Shown here piece after piece: positions 24,842 through 31,272 of a DNA stretch of 31,684 nt. The stretch spans positions 1 through 31,684 of the forward strand of contig JAVVGN010000015.1 of NCBI GenBank assembly GCA_032249095.1, written 5' to 3'. This DNA is from Candidatus Caldarchaeales archaeon (lineage in GTDB: Archaea > Thermoproteota > Nitrososphaeria_A > Caldarchaeales > Calditenuaceae). Below the pieces are notes generated by a model. It did not search any database and was not told the origin of the DNA. It was given only the letters and a program-made list of their open reading frames with translations. How positions within the stretch are numbered: the stretch's first letter is position 1; each line of letters opens with the position of its first letter. Made by a program: the position numbers and the translations under genes.

Positions 24842-25411
24842 TCACCTCGCCTTTTGAGAGTTAATTTCGGCGCCGAAATTAACTCCCCAGCCGACAGCCT
24901 TGTAGGGGATTTCTGCGGGGGTGGTTTTGACGAACATAATTTGGGCGATACCTGCGTAAGGGTAAAGAGAAATATCCCGTGCGGGGTTGAGGTTGACGAC
25001 GGTGAAGACCAGTTGACCGCTAAAACCAGCGTCCACGACGGTCATATTGTATGCTAATCCCTGCCGTGCATAGGTGCTTTTCCCAAACAATAGCCCGACA
25101 AGGTTCGTCGGTAGGCTGAAGGTTTCCAGACTGGCGACTTGGAGGCAATGGTAGGGAGGTAGCGGGAAATTCTCGCCCTCGCCCAGTTCTATTACCTCAA
25201 CATCGCCGTTTTCTAGCTCTACGAGTCCGCCTTGCCGACCCCGAAGTTTAGGGCGAAACCATACGAAGCGGGGGTGCAGGCGGAAAGTATAGCCGTGTGG
25301 GTCTAGCCCGTAACTGATGCCCATCAGTTGACGCTTTTCAGGCACGAAGTCGGTTATGAAATCGGGCTTCTCTGCCACGAGCCGTTTGATTTCTGCGTCG
25401 CTGAGAAACAT
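24842..25411 (-). CDS. dcd: dCTP deaminase/dUTPase-superfamily protein
   Basis: MFLSDAEIKRL, SLETFSLPTNLVGLLFGKSTYARQGL and VVDAGFSGQLVFTVVNLN align by eye with the Dcd motifs ([31 protein letters not shown].N). SD is GGGGTGACCGCCG. Confidence 0.7.
   Translation of the reverse strand: MFLSDAEIKRLVAEKPDFITDFVPEKRQLMGISYGLDPHGYTFRLHPRFVWFRPKLRGRQGGLVELENGDVEVIELGEGENFPLPPYHCLQVASLETFSLPTNLVGLLFGKSTYARQGLAYNMTVVDAGFSGQLVFTVVNLNPARDISLYPYAGIAQIMFVKTTPAEIPYKAVGWGVNFGAEINSQKAR
24857..24886. promoter_or_regulatory. 30-bp palindrome (29/30), embedded in the 3' end of the dcd-like CDS
   Basis: AGAGTTAATTTCGGCGCCGAAATTAACTCC, 21 nt upstream of the ATG at 24835. Encodes ..VNFGAEINS.. of the dcd-like protein. 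Confidence 0.6.
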
Positions 25412-25451
25412 CGGCGGTCACCCCATGCGAGATTATACCAGCGGACGGGAT

Positions 25452-26042
25452 TTAAAGGAAAATCTCGGCGGGGAGGGCATCCAGAAGGCGGGCGAAATAC
25501 TCCAATGGGTGGTTATCCGCGCAGTCAAAAGTTCTATGAATGATGTGTGGGGCACATCCATAGGTCAACCGCCACGCATTCTCTTCAATAAGATAGAGGA
25601 AGTTCAGTATTTGTCCGCCAAAGGAAAGATAAATAATTCCGCAGGTGACGGTAGCAAAGAATCCCTTTCTCATGGCTATCCGTCTGCTTTCCTCTGTCAG
25701 GGTCACGAATAGGAAGGTCTCAAGTAGGCGAGCCAAGTCAATTTTGACTTTCTTTGGCAGGCTTTTTCTATTGCGAGGCAAGTCGCTGATAACTACCGCC
25801 CGCTCATTGCACAAAACTTCAATATAGGGCTGGGTCTTGCCGTCGGGTTGGACAAGGCAAGCACAGAGAGCATTGACATGCTGCCCTTCCCACTTTATTG
25901 TCCAGATGACCTCGTTGGGTGTTCGGGCAGATTTGCTCACTTCTATTTTTCGTTGGCGCCAAGTCTCCGCCGTCTCGTCAATAAAATTTACGACGCTGCT
26001 GAAAAACTCCGCCCACATTTGCGCTGGGGTTAGCTTGGGCAT
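25452..26042 (-). CDS. array paralog, subfamily D (paralog of 1746-2333)
   Basis: ATG at 26042 after AAGGGGTGAGCAAAGCG, the same SD layout as 1746-2333. Contains TPNEVIWTIKWEGQHVNALCACLVQ, TLTEESRRIAMRKGFFATV and NHPLEYFARLLDALPAEIFL. Confidence 0.75.
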   Translation of the reverse strand: MPKLTPAQMWAEFFSSVVNFIDETAETWRQRKIEVSKSARTPNEVIWTIKWEGQHVNALCACLVQPDGKTQPYIEVLCNERAVVISDLPRNRKSLPKKVKIDLARLLETFLFVTLTEESRRIAMRKGFFATVTCGIIYLSFGGQILNFLYLIEENAWRLTYGCAPHIIHRTFDCADNHPLEYFARLLDALPAEIFL

Positions 26043-26064
26043 CGCTTTGCTCACCCCTTAGAAT

Positions 26065-26766
26065 TCAAAAGGATGCCAAGGCAATGACCTTAAGTGCTTT
26101 AGCGACGGCTTGGCTGTGTCCGCCGACAAACTCGTAGAGTTCTCCCCCGTTAGCTATCATACATACTGCATTCCGCCGTCCGAAGAGGATGGTGAAAGAA
26201 GGCGCCTGGTCAGGTGCATAGCTCCTAGCTATGACGACCGCAATGTAATTTAGTGGGTCGTGGCGCCAACAGCCACAGAGCCCCACCCACCCCCTATAAA
26301 GGTCGGTAACCTTTGCAGCCAGCGCCTTTGCAGCTAAAACTATCGGAAGGGGTAAGTTTAATGGGGGGTGTTGTATAAGGGAAGTTCCCACCTTGCTGTA
26401 TCCGACAATCCAGCTTTCGGATGGCAAACTAAACAGGTAAACGACGCTCCCCAGGGGGCATACTACCGTCTGGTGCTGCAAGGAGATATAGGCGAGACAT
26501 TCGTCGGTGCGCTTAATGCCGATGGCGTAAAAGTACGTTTCCTCAAGGCCGATGGCGTAAAAGTACGCTTCCTCAAGGATGAAATCTGCTTTTGGGTATG
26601 GTAGGGTAATGATAGTTGTCGGACAATTAACCCCCCACTTCCTTAGGATTTGGTTGGTTTTGTAGATTATTTTGTTGACACCAAGCTCCTTGATCCACCG
26701 CATCCTCTCCCCGTTGTGAAGGTGATGGGTTGTTTTGACATGACCTCTCTTAGGCATCTTGGTCAC
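26065..26766 (-). CDS. array paralog, subfamily A (divergent), carrying a 10-aa tandem duplication
   Basis: Contains NQILRKWGVNC. C-terminus is AVAKALKVIALASF. Start is ambiguous: GTG at 26766, ATG at 26757, or an internal ATG. Confidence 0.6.
   Translation of the reverse strand: MTKMPKRGHVKTTHHLHNGERMRWIKELGVNKIIYKTNQILRKWGVNCPTTIITLPYPKADFILEEAYFYAIGLEETYFYAIGIKRTDECLAYISLQHQTVVCPLGSVVYLFSLPSESWIVGYSKVGTSLIQHPPLNLPLPIVLAAKALAAKVTDLYRGWVGLCGCWRHDPLNYIAVVIARSYAPDQAPSFTILFGRRNAVCMIANGGELYEFVGGHSQAVAKALKVIALASF
26518..26577 (-). repeat. 30-bp in-frame tandem duplication (2 copies, 1 mismatch)
   Basis: Copies are 26518-26547 and 26548-26577 (GCCGATGGCGTAAAAGTACGYTTCCTCAAG), differing only at 26538/26568. 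They encode EEAYFYAIGL and EETYFYAIGI. Confidence 0.9.
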
Positions 26767-26771
26767 CGTGC

Positions 26772-26801
26772 AAAGTTAATTTCGGCGCCGAAATTAACTC
26801 T
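26772..26801. promoter_or_regulatory. 30-bp palindrome (29/30)
   Basis: AAAGTTAATTTCGGCGCCGAAATTAACTCT, 5-14 nt upstream of the candidate starts of 26065-26766. Confidence 0.6.
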
Positions 26802-26882
26802 TGCTGCCAATTTAGTTGTGCCCCCCACATCAGGAATGGGGGGGAAGGAAATGCACAGCCGACGGTAGTCCGCCAGCCCGAC

Positions 26883-27077
26883 CAACTCGTGCATACTGTT
26901 TAGGCTTGCGCCACCAGCAACTCATGCTTCCCTTATAGGCTTGCCTTGTCGACAACTCGTGCGCTTATGCCTACAAAATGCCGTCCCTCCAACTCGTGCA
27001 GAATGCGCTACTTCTCTATCGCCCCCCAATCAACTCGTGCATTGACTTAAACTTCGGTGCGGCTTCAACAACTCGTG
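26883..27077. repeat. iteron-like array: six direct copies of CAACTCGTGC
   Basis: Copies start at 26883, 26918 (CAACTCATGC), 26953, 26990, 27031 and 27068. Spacing is 35-41 bp. The array is non-coding, between 27119-27991 and the palindrome at 26772. Confidence 0.75.
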
Positions 27078-27118
27078 CCTTACCGCAAATTCAGCCGTCA
27101 GCGCCTTGCGCTCAATTT

Positions 27119-27991
27119 CTAAGGGATGGTGTGTTGCTTCATTCGTTCCACGATGCCTTTTACGAAGGTGGCTACTTTTTCGTCTTCTTCGTCTTGCAGC
27201 ATATTTTCTACCTCTTGGATAGCCCGCAGGACTTGTGGGAGTGCCTTTCTGGGGTGCATCATCATTTCGGGCGGGATTTTGGTGGCGTGCCCCAAGTGTA
27301 TCACGGGATAGATTTCCACGACTGGCAGACCTTGAGTTTTTCGGGCGACTTCCCACAGGTGGGTGACAAAGATATTCGCTGCCTTGACTATCGCTGCGAA
27401 ATGACAGTGCCCTTTCGTCCAATCGGGATGGTCTTGCTGATACTTCTCTTTATAGCTGGCATAAAGTTCCGCCAGTAGGTTAGGCGAGCGCTTGTAGACG
27501 AGAAGCGACTGCTTGACGATAAGGTAGAGGACACTTTTCGCTTTAGGGTTGTAGGGGCGAACTTTACCTGGCTCGGCTTTCACGATTTTACCTGTGCGGG
27601 GGTCGGGAGCGACACCGCAGTGTTTGGCAAGGCAGGACGGATAAACCCTCGCAGCGGGGTTTCCGATATAACCAAGCAACCTACCAAAAAGGTGCTTGCC
27701 GACTCCTGGGATGAAGGCTGCCCACTGCTTCCATTCGGGAAGGTCTGAGACGATGCGGGCGATTTCCCCTTCCGCCCGCTCTCGTGTGGCGAGGGCAGCC
27801 CCCGCATCTGCTAGAAGAAGGTCTCTGCACTTTGATGCCGCCTCCTTCAGAAGGGGGGACTGTTCAAAGCGCCGTAACGACTGAAGACGCTTTAGGGCAT
27901 CGTCCCACAGCCTTACCCACATCCCCAGCTCGTTGTAAGGCGGCATCCATAGTCGCTCTTTGTCCACTCGCAGTTCGGTTTTGAACGACAT
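27119..27991 (-). CDS. protein with an IS110-family C-terminal (Transposase_20-like) domain and no DEDD/RuvC-like N-domain
   Basis: FIPGVGKHLFGRLLGYIGNPAARVYPSCLAKHCGVAPDPRTGKIV...YNPKAKSVLYLIVKQS matches the IPGIG....L.A.IGD...F.....LA.Y.GL.P....SG pattern. The N-terminal 90 aa look coiled-coil with no GIDxxK-type motif. ATG at 27991 follows GGGAGG. Confidence 0.5.
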   Translation of the reverse strand: MSFKTELRVDKERLWMPPYNELGMWVRLWDDALKRLQSLRRFEQSPLLKEAASKCRDLLLADAGAALATRERAEGEIARIVSDLPEWKQWAAFIPGVGKHLFGRLLGYIGNPAARVYPSCLAKHCGVAPDPRTGKIVKAEPGKVRPYNPKAKSVLYLIVKQSLLVYKRSPNLLAELYASYKEKYQQDHPDWTKGHCHFAAIVKAANIFVTHLWEVARKTQGLPVVEIYPVIHLGHATKIPPEMMMHPRKALPQVLRAIQEVENMLQDEEDEKVATFVKGIVERMKQHTIP

Positions 27992-28040
27992 GGGGGCATC
28001 GCCTCCCACTCGTTTTACGCTGTCATTAGCATATTATACT

Positions 28041-28616
28041 CTATGCCCCTTTGCGGCGGTAGCGTCGGTTCTCAATTTTCTCATAATTGACCTTTACCCC
28101 CTTCCTCATGGGGATTTCGGCGACGATTTCGTGGCGATACTTAGGGCTTGTTGTGCCGTCGCCAAACTCCCTAGATGCCAGCACGAGAATCGTCCTGTTG
28201 TTGACATCAAAGAGGTAGAGCCACTCCAGAAAGAGCGGGTCGCATTGCGGGTCGGGATTCCCGTCGTGGCAGTCGCAACCCCACTTGAGCATACTGTGAA
28301 ATCCGTCCCGCTTGAGGAAATATTCGCTATGGCAGTAGCATTGGGGAGCGTCGGCGTTTTCGTCCAATTTCCAACCGCCCAGACTGTTGGGGTCAAGGAC
28401 GATGCGTCCGCCCCGCTCTAGGCGTGACCAACCGCCAGGGTGCTCCAAGATAACGCTCTCCACGACTTTCATCACATCCCAGTCACAGTCGGGTAGGACT
28501 TCCTCTATGAGCGTTCGCAGTAGCCCCTCTGGGTAAGAGTCGTAGTGATGGTAAACACCAATCCAGCGCAACGGCTTACGGCTAATCAGAACGCCAATGA
28601 CGCCTCGTGTCGCCAT
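28041..28616 (-). CDS. hypothetical Cys/His-rich protein (191 aa)
   Basis: ATG at 28616. 12-mer lies 45 nt upstream. Contains a CYCHSEYF...[16 protein letters not shown] cluster. Confidence 0.65.
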   Translation of the reverse strand: MATRGVIGVLISRKPLRWIGVYHHYDSYPEGLLRTLIEEVLPDCDWDVMKVVESVILEHPGGWSRLERGGRIVLDPNSLGGWKLDENADAPQCYCHSEYFLKRDGFHSMLKWGCDCHDGNPDPQCDPLFLEWLYLFDVNNRTILVLASREFGDGTTSPKYRHEIVAEIPMRKGVKVNYEKIENRRYRRKGA

Positions 28617-28661
28617 CGTCTATTACCTCCCTTCGGTAGGGTTTGTGTCTGCCACCTACCT

Positions 28662-28673
28662 ATTATTCGGCAG
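28662..28673 (-). promoter_or_regulatory. conserved 12-mer CTGCCGAATAAT
   Basis: Exact copy, 45 nt upstream of the ATG at 28616. Confidence 0.6.
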
Positions 28674-28782
28674 GGGCAGCCCCCATCTGTCGCAGGCGGG
28701 ACAGCATCAAAGCAAGCCGCCGGCTGGAGCCGATGGCAGTTCCTTCTCTCGTAGGTAATGCTGGCGGAAGTCTTAAGGGCTC

Positions 28783-29364
28783 TCACAGGAGAGAAAGACC
28801 AATACCTTTGACGATGGCTGGGAGCGCTTCTATGGGGTTTTCCGTAAGCGGTCGGCGAACGCTCTCTATCGTCACCAAACCCACCCCGTCTACGCCCTGC
28901 CGCACTTGCCAAGTCCAACCATTTCGTCGCAAGTAGAAGGAAAAGCAGAATAACTCGCATTCGCTCTCCCCAGAAAGCTTAAGGTAGAGATGTTTGCCCG
29001 ACTTCCAAATGTAAAGTCCAGTCTCTTCAATGGCAACTGCTTGGGCTGCCTCTAACACTAACCATTCAGTTAGCCTCTCAAAGAAAGAGCGAATGTATTT
29101 CCAATTTTCTTCCCTCGCCCTAATATGGTCGCAGTTTTTCTCGTTGCTGTTTAGATAGATCCAAGGTACAGCATCTTCGGGCACACTGTCGGGTGAGGGG
29201 GGCTCAACACGGATGCGGAGCGGACGGAGAACATTACCTCCGTGCTTAATCAGCTATAGTCCGACGGCGACAGGCTGGGCATCAATGCCCCAGCCTTGCC
29301 ACAGTTGGGCAAACTCGTTAAATATCTCCGTCAACTTGCCTTTGGCTGCACTTAAGCCGTTCAC
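28783..29364 (-). pseudogene. array paralog, subfamily A, interrupted by an in-frame TAG at 29254-29256
   Basis: GTG at 29364 follows GGAGGTGATCGTA and encodes VNGLSAAKGKLTEIFNEFAQLWQGWGIDAQPVAVGL then TAG. The same frame continues LIKHGGNVLRP...NGWTWQVRQ...TENPIEALPAIVKGIGLSLL. Total of 194 codons equals the family length. Confidence 0.6.
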
Positions 29365-29385
29365 TACGATCACCTCCGCCCGCTA

Positions 29386-29397
29386 ATTATTCGGCAG
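29386..29397 (-). promoter_or_regulatory. conserved 12-mer CTGCCGAATAAT
   Basis: Exact copy, 21 nt upstream of the GTG at 29364. It starts 1 nt after the TAG stop of the methylase gene. Confidence 0.6.
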
Positions 29398-29398
29398 A

Positions 29399-30277
29399 CT
29401 ACACTATTGGCGGGGTGATGGGCTTAGGAGCTTCCTCATTAGCCTCAGTGTAATTTAACCATAAAGCATCTTTGACCTTAGCACCTTCAGACCCCTTCCC
29501 AATGGCGGAAGTGTTCCGATAGGCGACCTCTATTACTTTCCAGCCATTCAGCATTTCGTCGTAAAGTGGACATTTTGGATGGGTAATTAAAACCTTACCC
29601 TTTACCTGCTGAAGTGCCGCTAACAACTCCCGATGTTGTTCGTCTGTCATTTGAAAAAGGTAGTTTTTAGGTGTGCTAAGCGTTTCTGGTAGGTAGGGCG
29701 GGTCAATAAAAAAGAAAGTGTTGGATGTATCATAGCGGCGGATGACATTGATGGCATCGTCACATTCAATTACGACATTCCGCAAGCGCAGGTGAAATCG
29801 CTCAAACTCTGCAATGGTATTTCTAAACGCCCGTAAGGTTACCCCCTTGTTGGCTTTGGGGAACGACCAAGCGGGGTTGGCAATAGCAGCGGAAAAACTT
29901 TGGCGATTGAAGACATAAAACGCCCACGCCAACTCCAAAAGTTCGTCATCGTTAAATTCATCAAGACTGCGAGGGTTTCCAAGATGCCGCTTCAACTTCT
30001 CCCTCACAGAGTAAAACTCCGCTCTACTGTAGGGGGTTAGCTCGCAAAGTTCCTGAAGGCGTTGCCAAAGGCGCTCGTCTCGCAGGCAGCGGTAGAATGC
30101 GACAATGCGAAAGTCAATATCGTTTAGGATTTCCAGCGGGGACGGTTCTTTTGCCCAAAAGAGAGCCGCCCCGCCTGCAAAGGGTTCACAATAGACCTCA
30201 TGTGGCGGGATTAACTGAAGGAGCAACTTCGTCAAATAGTGCTTTCCGCCATAGGACTTGATTGGCTGCCCACTCAA
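29399..30277 (-). CDS. dam: N6-adenine DNA methyltransferase (D12/Dam class)
   Basis: SAM-binding FAGGAALF and catalytic FFFIDPPYLPE (DPPY). N-terminal SYGGKHYL. TTG start lies 7 nt after GGGAGTGA. Confidence 0.85.
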   Translation of the reverse strand: MSGQPIKSYGGKHYLTKLLLQLIPPHEVYCEPFAGGAALFWAKEPSPLEILNDIDFRIVAFYRCLRDERLWQRLQELCELTPYSRAEFYSVREKLKRHLGNPRSLDEFNDDELLELAWAFYVFNRQSFSAAIANPAWSFPKANKGVTLRAFRNTIAEFERFHLRLRNVVIECDDAINVIRRYDTSNTFFFIDPPYLPETLSTPKNYLFQMTDEQHRELLAALQQVKGKVLITHPKCPLYDEMLNGWKVIEVAYRNTSAIGKGSEGAKVKDALWLNYTEANEEAPKPITPPIV

Positions 30278-30412
30278 AGAAAAATCACTCCCAGATTCTT
30301 TTTGTAACTGTCATAACTAGTCGTTACATTATCATGAGTAGGGGTCGCAACCCCCACTCTTGTACCAGGCCGCTTCTTTGGCACGGTACATTCCCCTCCC
30401 AAAGATGGTCAG

Positions 30413-30916
30413 TTAGCAAGTTTCGGTGCTATCAAAAGTATCCGTGAAGAAGGTTTTGCATTTGGGGCATCTAAGCACTCTTTTCTGTGTCTGTTCAAGT
30501 TCCTGTAGCTTAGGCTTGACTCGTAAGCGTATTGCCGCCCCCAACTTGCCCCAGAAACGCCACGAGAGGCGTTTCCGATACTCCCTGTCGTGGAGGGCGT
30601 GCCAAATGGTTGATTTGTCATATCCCGTCATCTCTGCCAAGTCTGCTAAGGACACACCCGCCTTTTCCATCCATTCTGCAATGCCCTTAGGAAGCGCCTT
30701 AGCACCCTTTGATGCGGTTTTCTTTCTCGTCGCCTTCTTCTTTTTTCCTGCGGGTGCGGGTCTGCGCTTTTGCCTCTTGCTGACTTCGGTTGCCATCGGT
30801 TCTGGTTTTGGCTGGGGCGCTTCCTCGCTCGGCTTTTCGTCCCTTTGCTCTCGTGGGGCTAAGACGGAAAGCACTCGGCTCTTGATATTTTCCCAGAGTA
30901 AACGCCAACTTTTCAT
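30413..30916 (-). CDS. HTH DNA-binding protein with a Lys-rich basic linker and a C-terminal CxxC
   Basis: AGVSLADLAEMTGYDKSTIWHAL is a typical helix-turn-helix. Basic tract KRQKRRPAPAGKKKKATRKK. ATG at 30916 follows GGAGGGACGATGCA. Confidence 0.5.
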   Translation of the reverse strand: MKSWRLLWENIKSRVLSVLAPREQRDEKPSEEAPQPKPEPMATEVSKRQKRRPAPAGKKKKATRKKTASKGAKALPKGIAEWMEKAGVSLADLAEMTGYDKSTIWHALHDREYRKRLSWRFWGKLGAAIRLRVKPKLQELEQTQKRVLRCPKCKTFFTDTFDSTETC

Positions 30917-30936
30917 TGCATCGTCCCTCCTTCTAA

Positions 30937-31191
30937 TTATATTTCAACCTTAATTTGGGCGAGGACAACCCGCCCAACGGACTTGACGATAACTTCCCCA
31001 CCACCTGCTTCCTGCGCCATTTTGACGGCGTGGTCAAATGCCCTATCAGCGTACTGCTGAATTGGGCTGACGGTCATTAAGACGATTGTCTTTCCGTCCT
31101 TGTCCACGACATCAATGTATTCCGCTTCGCTCCTTACCGATTCCCACGCCTTCCGCCAGCGGATTGGGAAAGAGTGGCGCTGTCGGCGCAT
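30937..31191 (-). CDS. small hypothetical protein (84 aa)
   Basis: ATG at 31191 after AAAGGGGTGTTTGACAA. A degenerate palindrome lies 17 nt upstream. Confidence 0.55.
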   Translation of the reverse strand: MRRQRHSFPIRWRKAWESVRSEAEYIDVVDKDGKTIVLMTVSPIQQYADRAFDHAVKMAQEAGGGEVIVKSVGRVVLAQIKVEI

Positions 31192-31208
31192 TTGTCAAAC
31201 ACCCCTTT

Positions 31209-31238
31209 CAAGGTTATTTTCGGCGTCGAAATTATACC
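31209..31238. promoter_or_regulatory. degenerate copy of the 30-bp palindrome
   Basis: AAGGTTATTTTCGGCGTCGAAATTATACCT. The core TTTCGGCG(T/C)CGAAATTA is retained and the outer arms have diverged. Confidence 0.4.
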
Positions 31239-31272
31239 TCAACCGACCACCGCCAGTCAATTACTCGTAGGG

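Noticed and set aside
26883-27991. An intact IS110 insertion sequence with a bridge or guide RNA region.
   Set aside because: The protein lacks the N-terminal DEDD/RuvC-like catalytic domain. No terminal sequences or duplications are discernible, and the adjacent non-coding DNA is a simple direct-repeat array rather than a structured RNA.
3294-29256. Stop-codon reassignment (TGA or TAG read as sense) to explain the two in-frame stops.
   Set aside because: TGA terminates many paralogs exactly at the conserved hydrophobic C-terminal tail, for example 1033, 1746 and 2418. TAG does the same at 8286 and 14460, and TAG also ends the AAA+ and Dam genes. Neither tRNA in the window is a suppressor.
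688-29397. The 12-mer as an integron attC or cassette recombination site.
   Set aside because: The motif has no imperfect inverted-repeat structure (no R/L core pairs), and no intI-like tyrosine recombinase is present. Its fixed position just upstream of the SD and start codons, and its AATAAT end, fit a promoter element better.
6592-31238. The repeated palindromes, or the 10-bp iterons at 26883-27077, as a CRISPR array.
   Set aside because: The palindrome copies are separated by 2-10 kb of protein-coding sequence, not by uniform 30-40 bp spacers. The iteron unit is only 10 bp. No cas genes are visible.
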